Below are positions 1 through 11,891 of a DNA stretch of 64,000 bases, one piece after another. The first letter of the stretch is position 1. The number at the start of each line of letters is the position of its first letter. A program made the translations under genes and the position numbers. The DNA is from Chromera velia. Taxonomy: Eukaryota. The DNA lies in contig JAHBMJ010000432.1 in NCBI GenBank assembly GCA_018398765.1, positions 62,001 through 126,000 of the forward strand. Direction: 5' to 3'. A model generated the notes under the pieces. The model worked only from the letters and a program-made list of their open reading frames with translations. It did not search any database and was not told the DNA's origin.

Positions 1-166
1 TTAACTAATCTTCGAGATGGTGATTTTGGTAGAGTCCACCGTCGGTCCCTTAGCAAACAGTACGTGCATAGCAGGACTGTCTCGGCTATTGGAAGAGAAC
101 TAATCATACTAGAACATTCTTATTTGCGTTGTTGAGCTTCTTGTCTTTCCAGGCCAAAAGGGCCTT

Positions 167-973
167 GTGGTCTGTCTAATTGAAAGGTTGAAGAGAAACA
201 AACTCCAGACGACATGGAGAGGACCATTTATTATTGTGGGGCAAGTGTTGGAGCATCCCATGCATTATGTGGTTCGACCGCAGGAGGAAGGAAAGAAAGA
301 GGTGATTCATCTTTCTCGTTTGCGAAGGTTCCGAGTCAGACAGACTCAAGGTTAGGGGAGGCAGAGAAACAGTCGTAGCCCTGCAGCAGATACAGAAAGA
401 GCGACAGAGAGAAAGGATTCTCAGCCGTCTGCTGACAATGCAGAAGGCGAGAGAGAGGCAGAGGCTCCACAGCAGCCCTCTGCAACAGAAAACGGAAAAG
501 GTCCTGTAGAAGGACTGAGTGAGATTTTGAGTCAGTCGAGCGAAGATGCCGACTCAGACTCAGACAGGGTAGCGAACGAAATTCTTGCCGAGCTGGGGGA
601 AGTTTTGGACGAAGAGTTTCAACGTGATAGCCCTCCGAGAAGGGATGAGTTTCTGTCTGCTGCGTCCTAGCGCTCCGGCATACGCAAGCAACGCGTCAGT
701 CGCCAGGTGGTTCCAGTTCACATTCAGGCGTCAAGAGAAACAGAGGGGGAGACCGAGTACCGAGTCTCTTACAACGACGGTTCCTTTGCCTGGTTGGCAG
801 CAAAGGATACAGGGGCTCCAAAACTAGTGGCCGATTTCGAAAGAGACAAAGTTTTAACGCAGGACACTGCATAGGAAGGAAACGGAAGATAAGAAAGAAC
901 GGGGAGAAACAGAAGGAGTGAAAGTTAGATTTTGAGAAAAGCACCTCGCAACAGTACCGGACCTTCGGGCTGA
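167..973 (+). pseudogene. Integrase-chromodomain reading frame interrupted by in-frame stops
   Basis: One frame with no frameshift. Stops: TAG 353, TAG 668, TAG 872, TAA 890, TAG 926, then TGA 971 just before the PPT. Confidence 0.7.
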
Positions 974-1004
974 CCTGGGACGTGTCAGTTTTGAAGGGGA
1001 GATA

Positions 1005-1369
1005 TGTTACGGCAAGCTCCACCGAAGTTAGTTCACCGTGCGCACAAATCGAACTAGCGGGTGAAGGGGCAGTGCCAGGCAATCAGTAGAGCCGGTGCTT
1101 GAAAAAGCGCCGGCACAAGGGTCCGACGTCAGGCCGTCCGCTACGCCGTCACCCACGCCCTGAGGTTTCATGGAAAAAGAATTAATTCGGAAGTACAGAA
1201 GCATGCATGCATGCAAGTCAATGCATGGAAAGAATAAGATTGATTAAGATTGAAATAAAACAATACGAAAGGAACAAAGAGGTCTGATGAACAGATTCCT
1301 CTACGTACGTTAAGCTCAATAAGTCAAGTCGTATGTTAAGTCTTCACTTTAGTTCCTAAGAGCGTAACA
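1005..1369 (+). repeat. 3' LTR (365 bp)
   Basis: TG...CA termini with a 7-bp inverted repeat (TGTTACG/CGTAACA), directly after the PPT; contains AATAAA at about 1254. Confidence 0.75.
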
Positions 1370-2424
1370 TTGTATTATCCTGTTAGTGAGTAGTATGTAT
1401 ACATATAGTGTTCGATTCCATTTAGTCCGAGTCTGATTTAGATAAAGTTTTTAGATCACTGACATCATGACTTAGAGTTTTCAGTAGTTTTCAGAAAATG
1501 AACTCTCACATTTATCTCACATTTTGAGCCCTGACCTCAATGTACCGGGCCCTAGCATGCTGAATATACACCAAGGGAGTTGAGTTGACCGGAGTACTAA
1601 CTGAAGCACAGGCAGACAGCCTACAGCCAACCCAGACCTCACCCTAGATCTCACCGCTCATCTCGGCTCTTTATGCATATGCGCACCTCCAATGACATGA
1701 CCAAGACCGCACAGCATCATCTAGCATCAATTGAAAGCAGGAATGCAGAGGGTTTCTTCCCATCTGCAGACTAGTCTGCTGGGCCTGACCAGTCAAGCCC
1801 CGACATTTAAGTCCGAGACACGTGCATGAGAAGCTTTTCCCCTTTTCTCCTCCCTTCTCGTCTCTTCCCTTCCCTTCCCCCGAGCCGTGCACGACTCACT
1901 CACTCGATCATACGCACACACATGCTCTCAGATTGCTGGACGTACACGAAGCTAAAAAGCCCGGAAGGAACCGGTGCCCACCTGAATTTCAAGCAGACTG
2001 TTAGCAGCGACAACACGGTGGCAGTGCGATTCAACGGACGCAGTCACGCGCGCGCACACATGGACGTACAGGGACAGAAAGAAAAACAAGAAAGTGCTTG
2101 TGAAGACCCGTATGTGCCTCATGAAGGCCGTACCGACCGGGCACCTAGGCCTTCGAGAAATTCAGTCAGCAATAAATCAAGGAAGGCATGTGATTTCATG
2201 GAAACGTTCTTGGTCCTTCTTGGTCCTACTTCGGTCTCCCTCGCCTTTCTCGCCGAGGAACCGAACAGCAGGACTGAGAGAGAGACGTGAGCTCTCTGCT
2301 TCCCTTTTTCTTACTTGTGCAGCACTTTCCGTTTTCTTCCATTCATTCGAGTCAGTCACGGTTGCTTGAATTCATGAAGCTCACCTTCACATTCATTCAT
2401 ATGTATGTTCGATGAATTGACTGA

Positions 2425-5400
2425 TCACCCAGCGAAGCCCTTGAGCATGTCACCGAACTTTTCGAAGTCGAGAGGGAGAGGAGTTTTGCCGTCAAAGGAA
2501 GGGAGGGAAAGGGGACCGTCAGACTTGAGCTCAAAGGCGTCCTTCAGGGCCGCAAAGTCAAACTTGAAGGGCCCAGACCCTGCAGGCACGCACGAATTCT
2601 TTCATCCGTACATGCATCCACCCATCCATCCACTCGTCCATCCATCCATTCATCCATTCATTCATTCATCCGTCCATCCACATACACAGCGAGTCTCTAT
2701 TTTCGTTCGTTCGTTCATTTATTCGTTCATTCATTCATTTATTCAGTCAGTCAGTCAGTCAGTCAGTCGGTCAGTCAGTCAGTCAGTCAGTCAGTCAGTC
2801 AGTCAGTCAGTCAGTCGAACGAACGAACGAACGAACGAAGGAACGAAGGAACGAACGATTCGACTCTTCGACATTCATGCAGCCATCACGGAGGCACGCA
2901 CTGCAAGCCAACAACTGTCGACCCTTGAATCCTCTATCGAAGTCTTGTTTGTTTTTTTTTCAATTCGTTTCCTCAAAGGTGCCAGAGACAGACTATAGTT
3001 CTTCTCTGGACTTCTGGACAGCTGAAGTGTCTTTTTCGCTAAAGAGTTTGTTCTTGTGTGCTTACCGTCTCTCTTCTCCGTGGGCTTCTTCTGCTTTTTG
3101 TCCTCCTTGTCCTCTGCGGGAGGGGGGGAGGGGGTCTCTTCATGGAGGGAGGCATCGAGGATTTACAATCAATCAGTCTCCAACATGCAGCAAAAAAGTT
3201 CATTCTGCAGCCCCGCCCCTCACACAGACATGCACACACTCTCACACCAGGGAAAGGAGGCAGGAAGCAGGTCCGATGGTCGGTTGGGGAGGCACGTAAG
3301 GAGTCAGGCAGGGAGGCAGGGTCAAAGATAGGTTCAGGAAGTCAACAGACCGCCCCGACTGTGTGTGAAAGAAGTGTACCGAAGAGGGGGCGTCTTGCAT
3401 GCCCATCCGTCTTTGTTTGCCGGGCCCAGCCAGGCCCGATTCTCTGACTGACCGCAAGTCACTCCATCGCCCATGAAACCGTCATTACAAGTGCACTCGA
3501 AGGAGCAGGGCGTGTCCGTGCATGTGGCGTCCTCGTCGCAGTTGTCTGCTTGGGTGGCGCACTCGTCGACGGCTTGGAAACCTGCAGCACAAGAATAGAG
3601 TCAATTCATGCATAATTTCTTGTACATGTATGTGTGTGTAACTAGATGCGCATATAGATTTATGCTTCTGGCAGTTTCTGTCGGCAGTTTTTGCGCACAC
3701 TCGTTGACGTCCACTGCATGCTATGCGGCACAGGAATGGAGTCAATCTACTCTTGCAAGATATCAGTCGGCGGAGCGATAACAGGAAGACAAACAAAGCC
3801 GCCGATAAAATCAAAATCTAGCGGAGAGAAAGAGGAAGACACAATAGGGGAGCTAGGGACCACGCACCCGGGTTAATATACCCGCTCGAGTCCTCATCCG
3901 ACACCTCTGTACCGGAGACCATCACGGTCGCGATGTTGAAGTAGCAGCCAGAAGAAACAGCAATACCGTCCTTCTCGTAGATCCACGTCTCGCCCGGGTC
4001 GAGGGTGTTGTCGCCGTTTCCCTGATCGCTGATGTTCGTGATGATGCCCTCCTGGTCGTCCGTCACCACAATGTCACTGACATCGAATGGAACGTCCCCA
4101 GTGTTGGTCACTTCGTAACTCCACACGAGAGAAAAACCGGCTTCGAGTTCAAGTCCATTCTCAAGGTTATCATTGTCCAGACCGTTCGTAAACTTTTCGA
4201 TGTCGATCGCAGGATTTGGTGCTGCATCCATGCATCCACAGTGCGAGAAGCATACAAAAGAAGCAGAGACTGAGAAGAAAGTCAGACAAGAGCCAATAAC
4301 GCCATCGAGGGGAGAATTTAAAAGTAGCAGCGCAGCTTGACCACATTTTTCAATCGGCGATGTGTGCATGCCCCACGAGTGTGAGCAACTACACGGTCAG
4401 TTCGATAAACAGGAACAGACAGACGGACAGATGCATAATATGTTTTTTCTCCTCATTTCTTTCCGAAGGACCCCGCTCCACCCACCCCACACACTTAGAG
4501 GGTAAGGAGGGAGAGAGGGAGAGGAGGAGGGGACAGAGAGGGAGGGGGGGAGAAGGCTGGAGAGAAACAGGAAGCAAAGAGGGAAAGGAGACAAAGCTGC
4601 ATGATGCTGTTGACCGTCTAACGTTCTTTACAACACCCCCAAGCACGCACCTGGGTTTCTGTAGCTGCTTTGGTCAAAGTCAGTGACATCATCAGCAGCA
4701 ACCTCTCCGATGTTGACGTACGTGCCGCCGCTCAAGTCCTGCGCGATGCCCGTCTGCTCGTAGATCCAGACCTCGAAAGGGGAGAGGGTGGTATCGTCGT
4801 TGCCTTTGTCAACAATATTCGTGATGAGGCCCTCCTGGTCGTCCGTCACCACGAGTTCAGCTTCGTCGAAGGGGATGTCACCATTATTGAGCACTTCATA
4901 GGTCCAGACGACGGTCTCGCCGGCAGCAATTTCAGCCAATTCGCTTGCGCCATTCGTGAACTTCGAGATGCTGATCGAGGGTTGTCCTGCGCGGGATTGC
5001 AACAGATGCATGAACGCTTCGTCCTTCAAAAAAACAGAGGAACCAGCGGCAAACGCAGTGTAGAGGAAGGTGGAAAGAAATCACAGCAAGCGGACTCTGG
5101 CTCAAGAGGTATGCCCAATGCACGCGTCGGGCTTCACGTCGGAGTTTACTATAAGCGGCATGTACATGTGTACTTGGGGTGAAGCTACTTGTGCTACTGA
5201 AGGCGCGTTTCATTTCAAGCAAAGTCTGGCAGGAAGGAATACGAGAAAGAAACACATGCAGAAAAAGTCAACAGGAAGCCACATAGGGACACCCACTCAC
5301 GAGCGGGGCTTCGTCATACGTGCACGAAATACACTGTTATGGAAAATCGAATTTCTGTCCTGCATGTTGTCTGCGCATGCACAAAAATGAATGGAGATTC

Positions 5401-5508
5401 AACGTGCTCTCACGCTCACGCCGGCCGTACGGTGTGGCTCTAACCTGAGATGACTGTCGCAGCAGTCATCAGCAGTCCGCTCACAAGGAGGGTGCGTGGG
5501 GCGCCCAT
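2425..5508 (-). CDS. Secreted protein, ~361 aa: signal peptide, two DUF11/DUF7507-type Ig-like repeats, Ca-binding EGF domain, short tail
   Basis: Exons (minus strand): 5508-5445 (MGAPRTLLVSGLLMTAATVIS), 4986-4651 (QPSISISKFTNG...WTYEVLNNGD...VTDDQEG), 4221-3868 (PAIDIEKFTNG...WSYEVTNTGD...VTDDQEG...PGETWIYE), 3581-3453 (VDECATQADNCDEDATCTDTPCSFECTCNDGFMGDGVTC), 3113-3066, 2579-2425. All introns are GT-AG, phase 1, and the frame stays open to TGA. Confidence 0.85.
2743..2816. repeat. (TCAG)n microsatellite, intronic
   Basis: Direct reading; flanked by (TTCA)n and (GAAC)n runs. Confidence 0.9.
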
Positions 5509-7261
5509 GTTCGAGAGCTAGATGACAAGACCGAGAGTCAAAGAGTGAAGGAGCAACCAAAATCGGATAGAACAACGGTCCGAGATTGAACTATTCAAAT
5601 TCTCTCGACTAGCCGCAGGTCGATGGATTATTTTTCGGAGTTCCAAAGAGACTGACTGTATGGCTTTGTTCTTCGGAATGTATGCCGAGCTTTTTGCAGG
5701 AGAAGGGGAAGGAGTTTTGTGTTTGTATGTGTCGCCCACTCTTGTGTATATATTCCCTTGCTTTCTTAATGAAGTGCAACATGCACTGCATGTCGATCTT
5801 AATTGCTCTTGCAGAGCTTATAGCTTGAGCCGAGCGTTTGAGCGTCGTCGCCGCTTAATTGCATCTACTATTATTAAAGAAATATGACTTGGGTGGAAAA
5901 GATACATGCAATCGTTGTGAATAAAGAAGAAAAATAATAGAATAGAAGAAAATGAAAGGAACATGAACGGAGATCTGTCTGACAGTCGGTGAAATTGAAC
6001 GGATACCCACTTAAGGGGCCACCTTCCTACCGCATTTGAATTTGTACAGCAACGCACACGATGTTCAGATATATTGTTCTTTCTAATCTGCCGCCTCTGC
6101 AGCAATGCCAGCTAGCTCAACTACTTCACTAATAAACCTAGTTTAGTAGAGAAAGACTATGCTATACTAGTTAACAAAGATAGACGGGGAGAAAGTCAGG
6201 GGAGGGGATCTTACGGGATCTATTGTGATGGTATATCATTATCATCATATGCTGAATATATAGTCATTCATTCATTCATTCATTCATTCATTCATTCATT
6301 CATTCACTAGTTCATTCATTCATATATTGAATTGAATTTGAATTGAATTGAATTGAGGCAGTGACCTGGTGGTCAAAGCTGGTGAACCACCACTTAGGCT
6401 CTTGCCAGCTACGGGGTACCACGGGGCATGGCATGTAATATATATGGGGATCCGTAACATCATCATGCATCCGTCTAAGATCTCGTTGACCAATTACGCT
6501 ACTAAAAAAGGTGAAAGCATTGCTAAACCTGAGTCGCAGATGCTCTATAAATTAATGTTTATATGCTTTTGCTAGATTTTTTGTAAAAACAGTAAAATTT
6601 GACATGATGCATGCACGGCGTTACTATATATGCATATCTGGCCGTATGAGGCATATAAAGGTATTGCGTGCCGTATGAGAGTAATTCACGTATTTCGTGT
6701 GCATGAATAATTCTGTTCATACTTCTATGTATACAGAAATTCATGCAGAGTGAATTCAATTAATACAAAGACCAAAAGTTGAGCTAAACACAGGCATGAA
6801 TGTAAATAGTGAACTGATCCATGAAGTCTCACTCCATCTGACGGAGCCAATAACCTTCTAATAATAAAATGGCCAGGGCATGCCATGGGACACAGTCCCT
6901 ATATTTTCACTCTAAAAACACCACATAAAAATTTAATTACTACAAAAAAAAACAACTTAATGTAACTTAAAGGCAAAAAATCATACAAAAAAGCTAAAAA
7001 AGGGGTCTGAAGGATGACAGGAGCTTCAAAGTTCAAAGATATTCAAGTATGTTCAGTGCTCAGAGCACACTTAATTGCGGCCAGGCAAAAAGGGCCGAGG
7101 GGCGGGGAACAGCTTTCACAATAATTCCTAGGATTATTCACTTATCGTACTGCAATGAGGATCCCTGTCGAAAGTGAGAGTCACCAGAACCGATACAAAT
7201 GAAACCATGCATATGCAGATTCAGCCCACAAAGTCGCAATTCTTCACAAGCGTATGAGGGT

Positions 7262-10024
7262 CTATGTCATTGCACCGACAGCACTACGGACCGGCCGTTC
7301 GATTTTGAGCACCGATGAGGAGTTTGCAGTTTCATGAGCATGCATCGTGAAAGTCTCGCGAGCATTTGGATCTGTGTGGCTCTTCCTTTTCGCTTTTCGG
7401 GCCGCTCGCATCCATGCAGCATCGGCAGCTCTCCTTGCCCCCTCATCCAGCTCCGCTCTCTTCCCACTGGCGACTGCCCGCATGGCGTCGTCCTCCTCCT
7501 TCTCCTTCCTCCTCTTGGTGCGATGTCTGAGCTCATCATGCACAACCTTGGGCAGGGAGACGCCAACGTGAGAGACTCGAATGCCCTTCTCCTTTAACTC
7601 TGCGGAACGCAGAATGAGCGAGGCTGCAGAGGACGGCACATCAACCACATATCCCCTAGTGGTCAGTGCAAGTCTTCCAACGTCTGCGAGTTTTTCCTGT
7701 GGGAGAATTCTTCGGAGAATGCCCATCAGATGCGGGCGTGAATTGATCTTCTCACAATAAGGGTCGTGGAACAAAAGAGGTGTGTAGGCAAAGCGACCGG
7801 AAAGGGGGGAGATCCATGAGAGATCTCTCTTCTTTTTCTCTAGAAGACTCAACGCAGCTGCAAGCAAGCGGACGGAATGAGCACTCGGCTCTCTTCGTTC
7901 CTCCCCGCCCGTCCCCTGTTCTGCCTTCTCACGGGGACTGTGGAGAGACGGTGGATCGCTCTGTGAGCAGGGGGGACACTCTGCGATGGACTCTTCGGTT
8001 TCTGCCCCTTCAGCCTTCCCTCTATTGACACTAATCAAACCATCCTCCCCTCCCTCACTCGATTTGTTCTCCCATACCCCCCCCTCCCTCTCGACTTCGG
8101 AAACCTCGCGTCCCTCCAACCCGCCTACCCTGAAGTCCTCTCCCCCTTCTGGAGCCTCTCCTTTTTCCCTCACATCTCCTTCTTCTTCGTCCTTTCGATC
8201 AAAAATTTCCGATGCTGCATCTCTAAAAACACCCCTATCAACCCCAACCCCCTCTCGAATTAAATTCTCTATGTGTCTGAAAAAGACCTGACGAATCGTG
8301 TTGGACGCTGGCATCTCTCTCATTTGAAATTCAATCTTCAAAGCTCTCTCCAGCTGCCGCAACCCCGAGAGATTCGACGGATCCACCAACACAAGACTCA
8401 CCCCCAACCTACCTCCCCTTGCAGTACGACCTGCCCTGTGTATGTACGTCTCTGTGTCGTCTCCCCTCCTAACCCCCCCGTAGTGTATCACGCACGGGAC
8501 AGACGGAAAATCCAAACCACGTGCGGCAATATTTGTTGTGATCAAAACTGGAAAGGCATTCTGGTGGAAGGCAATCAATGTAGCCCTGCGCTGCGGGGAG
8601 GTCATTTCGCTTTGCAGGGGTTTCGAGAAGGAAGACATGAGGGGGTGAGAAGCTAACAGCTGCACCTGGTGCCGGTTGTCGCAAAAGACAATTGTTCGTG
8701 TGATTGACGGGGGTCCTTCGGGTAACAAGTCTCTCTCAATCCCCCCACCCTCCTTCTGACGGGGAGAGCTCAAGCTCCCATTCTCTCCAGAGGAGTAATC
8801 AAACGACAGCAGATCTGGTGTCTGCAGCAAGAAGGCTAAAGAACGAACGCGACGACCTTCCTGTCTCGGCACAGAGACCCACGCATGACGCAAACCCGAG
8901 GGGAATCCGGATGCACCCGCCCCTCCTGCTGCAGGACCCCCGCCCAAACTGTTCCCATTCACACCGTCACCGGCTGTCACACGGACAGGATCTCCTTTGA
9001 GGATTCTGTGGAGACTTTCCGAAAGCCAACGAGGAAGCGTGGCAGAGAATGCCAAGATCTGCAGTCTCTCTGCCGGCTTTGCTAAGGGGGGGCTTGAAGA
9101 AGTACTAGAAGAAGGAGAGGCGGATTTCTTCCATTCCTTTTTCATTTTCATCTCTACCGCTTCCTTCACTGCAATTGCGTGTCTGCGCACTGCTTGAAGA
9201 ATCGCGTTGATGTCTTCATCGAACTGTCTCGACACCAATTCATCAGCCTCGTCAAGAACGACTGTCTGCAGAAGGCCGACATCCAGCAGGCCCTTCTCTA
9301 TCAAAGACAAAACACGACCAGGAGTGCCTATCACAACCTGACCCCCCAACTTCTTCAGACACTCCGCGTGAGAGACCTCAGTCTCCCCGCCAACCAACAA
9401 ACGAACGCGAATCTCTGACACTGCACCTTTCGCACGTGCACTTGCACTCAGTTTATACGCACATACCGCAATCTGCTCTGCAAGCTCTCGCGTTGGACAC
9501 AAAATCAAAACGCGAGGACGCCACCCCAGTCGCTCACTCTCTTCGCCGAGCAGCCGATCCAACAAAGGGATCAGAAATGCCAACGTTTTACCCGTCCCCG
9601 ACGGCGCTTGACCGATCACATCTTTCCCGTCAAAAATCGGCTGCAGCGTCTCTTTCTGAATCTCCGTCAGTTGGGAGAAGCCGAGACGCCTCAACTTGGC
9701 TGCCATGATTTTCGATACGGAAGATCCTCTGATGGCAGTAGAACGAGACAGACCTCTCCCGCGACTAAATTCGCGACTTGCTTGCATACGGTACTGACCG
9801 GACGCGCGCATCCTTTGCGCAGTGCGACCAAGAATTTCCCTCTCAACATCTTCGGCAGTCTGCCACTTGCCCGGTTTAGTTCTCTTCGCAGGCCGTGGCT
9901 CTGCAGGAAGGCCTATACTTCTCAAAAGGTGGCGCATCCGGGGATACACAGCCCCTGTGTCTCCTGCTCTTCTTGCGGCTCTTTGTGCTGAGCCAGATGC
10001 AAGACACGCGAACGCTGGTTTCAT
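7262..10024 (-). CDS. DEAD-box RNA helicase, DDX21/RH3-like with C-terminal GUCT-like region; single exon
   Basis: Motifs Q (GFSQLTEIQ), I (APSGTGKT), Ia (PTRELA), Ib (TPGR), II (DEAD), III (SAT), V (ARGLD), VI (HRAGRTAR). C-terminal VGRLALTTRGYVVDVP resembles GUCT. First ATG at 10024; the Arg-rich N-terminus may be an organellar targeting peptide. Confidence 0.92.
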   Translation of the reverse strand: MKPAFACLASGSAQRAARRAGDTGAVYPRMRHLLRSIGLPAEPRPAKRTKPGKWQTAEDVEREILGRTAQRMRASGQYRMQASREFSRGRGLSRSTAIRGSSVSKIMAAKLRRLGFSQLTEIQKETLQPIFDGKDVIGQAPSGTGKTLAFLIPLLDRLLGEESERLGWRPRVLILCPTRELAEQIAVCAYKLSASARAKGAVSEIRVRLLVGGETEVSHAECLKKLGGQVVIGTPGRVLSLIEKGLLDVGLLQTVVLDEADELVSRQFDEDINAILQAVRRHAIAVKEAVEMKMKKEWKKSASPSSSTSSSPPLAKPAERLQILAFSATLPRWLSESLHRILKGDPVRVTAGDGVNGNSLGGGPAAGGAGASGFPSGLRHAWVSVPRQEGRRVRSLAFLLQTPDLLSFDYSSGENGSLSSPRQKEGGGIERDLLPEGPPSITRTIVFCDNRHQVQLLASHPLMSSFSKPLQSEMTSPQRRATLIAFHQNAFPVLITTNIAARGLDFPSVPCVIHYGGVRRGDDTETYIHRAGRTARGGRLGVSLVLVDPSNLSGLRQLERALKIEFQMREMPASNTIRQVFFRHIENLIREGVGVDRGVFRDAASEIFDRKDEEEGDVREKGEAPEGGEDFRVGGLEGREVSEVEREGGVWENKSSEGGEDGLISVNRGKAEGAETEESIAECPPCSQSDPPSLHSPREKAEQGTGGEERREPSAHSVRLLAAALSLLEKKKRDLSWISPLSGRFAYTPLLFHDPYCEKINSRPHLMGILRRILPQEKLADVGRLALTTRGYVVDVPSSAASLILRSAELKEKGIRVSHVGVSLPKVVHDELRHRTKRRKEKEEDDAMRAVASGKRAELDEGARRAADAAWMRAARKAKRKSHTDPNARETFTMHAHETANSSSVLKIERPVRSAVGAMT

Positions 10025-10653
10025 CGATCTGGAGGGAAGGGAAGCACAACAAAGGGAGACGGCACTTTTCAGCGGAGACGGCAAAATCTCACAAACAAAT
10101 TCGCGGGATGCTACCCGAACAGACGTTCCCCTGTCTAAGCAACGCACTTATAATACTCAGCATGTTGGCCTTGAGCAGTTGAGCAAAGCAGAATCATTCC
10201 AATCGGCGAATAATTTATCATGAAGACTATTAAACCCGCGACGCTGATAGCCGAAAAGCTGCCAGGGCGCCTGCCTTTGCACTGAGGTGGCGCACGCAGT
10301 ACGAGGAGTAGGCGTCGCGCGCGCAAATCGTGCGCAGTTTTTTTTTTTTGCTCTCATACACCCATGCAGAAAAATGCATGCAGCGCACATGCATGCACAT
10401 GCGTTTGAGTCACATTTCTGCGTTTCCAAAACTGTAGGTTTCGCCAGAAGGTATCCTGAAGGGGCAAGAAGAAAGATGCTTGACATATAGAAGAAGGATT
10501 CAAGTTTACAGTGTGTAAAAGCGAAACAGCAAATTCACTTGCTCCGCAAAACACCAAACAACACTTGAAGTCTCTCTCTCAAATTCGACCAAAGCAGTGT
10601 ATCACAGAAGGAACATTGATATATACCTCTTACATCACAAAGCAGCAGCAGCG
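10025..10653. promoter_or_regulatory. Bidirectional promoter region between the helicase and CFAP299
   Basis: Head-to-head genes about 630 bp apart; TGCATGCA cluster at 10376-10402 and CGTCGCGCGCGCAAA at 10313-10327. Confidence 0.5.
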
Positions 10654-11810
10654 ATGGACGAGGACTACGGGAGATTGCAGGAGGACGCCCTGGACAGATT
10701 CCAAACATACGAGGACTACCTGGACGCGCAGATCACACCAGATGACAGATACTATTTGGAAGACGATGAGTTGGCAAGACAACTGGTGGCAATAGGCAGC
10801 CGGAAGGGAGAGGTGCTCTCGAAAGAAGAGTTCCTTGCTCGAAAGGAGGCAGCAGAGCAGAGCAAAAGAGCGAAGCTGCAGAATGCACCAAGTGAGCTCG
10901 CCTCTGCCAACAAGGACCTCTCTCACAAGCCCTTCCTGAGGCACCTTGCTGCACGTGAAGTTTTGGTTCGAAACGGAAAGCTCTCGACGATCCTTTTCAT
11001 TCGTGCCAAGAACAACAAGGGACAGGAGATCTCTGGCTACATCGATTATGGACACAGGCTCAAGACCGAAAATTTTGAGCCCTACTTTGAGGGAAAGAAG
11101 ACGCTCTTGCCAAGACCTTCGGACCTGTCCTTCTACAACTGGGACACCAATCACCCAACTGCAAACGACTCTCCCAACTTTCAGGTGAGGTTCCAAGAGT
11201 GAGGGGCCTTTCTCACTTGATTTCAATTCATATATTTGCATCGACTGTTTCCAGTTCTCCAGTTCAGACTTTTTCCTTCCTTCCAGACACAATTCCAATC
11301 ACAGAGAAAAATTGTTCTGGAGTTACGGTTGTCGCTGTACTCCTCCAGCGCCTTTTTCGTCGAGAACCGCTTGCTTTGAGTTTCGAGCACCTTTATCGCT
11401 TGTCTTGATTCTGCTTTCTAAAGTCAGTAAGTCCTCGTCCTCAGTCAAGTCCTGGCTCCCTTCTTAATTTTCGTCTACTCTTTTCATGATGTTCTGTGTG
11501 CTCCTTGTCCACTTCTGTATCGATGTCATGCGTACTCTCATTCATCTGACTCCGCACATTTCCTCTCCTCAACACGCTCTCTCCTCAACATACTGAATTG
11601 CTCTCTCCTCAACACGCAAGCCGTTCACCCGACTATCCATCCATCCGTCCATTTGCCCCCGCCTCTTCATCCATCCGTCCGTCCATCCGTCTATCCAGAA
11701 GTCTGTCCAACCATCCATTCGTTTGCCCGTCCTTCCGGCCTCATATTTCCCTCTCCCCTGCTTGCCCTTTCCCTCTGTGTCATAACCACGCCCACGCACC
11801 CTCGCAGGGT

Positions 11811-11891
<81 letters not shown>

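Larger units (their letters stand above)
167..1369 (+). mobile_element. 3' end of a decayed Ty3/gypsy (chromovirus-like) LTR retrotransposon: integrase C-terminus, chromodomain, PPT and 3' LTR
   Basis: Frame +2 reads KLQTTWRGPFIIV...VIHLSRLRRF (GPY/F integrase module). The same frame at 671-871 reads [44 protein letters not shown] (chromodomain-like). A polypurine tract GAAGGGGAGA (993-1002) precedes TGTTACG(1005)...CGTAACA(1369). Confidence 0.8.

Noticed and set aside
167..973. Alternative genetic code (TAR = Gln) explaining the stops
   Set aside because: Host genes in the window terminate at TAA/TAG (CFAP299, SIMPL, helicase, MAPK) and contain no internal TAR codons.
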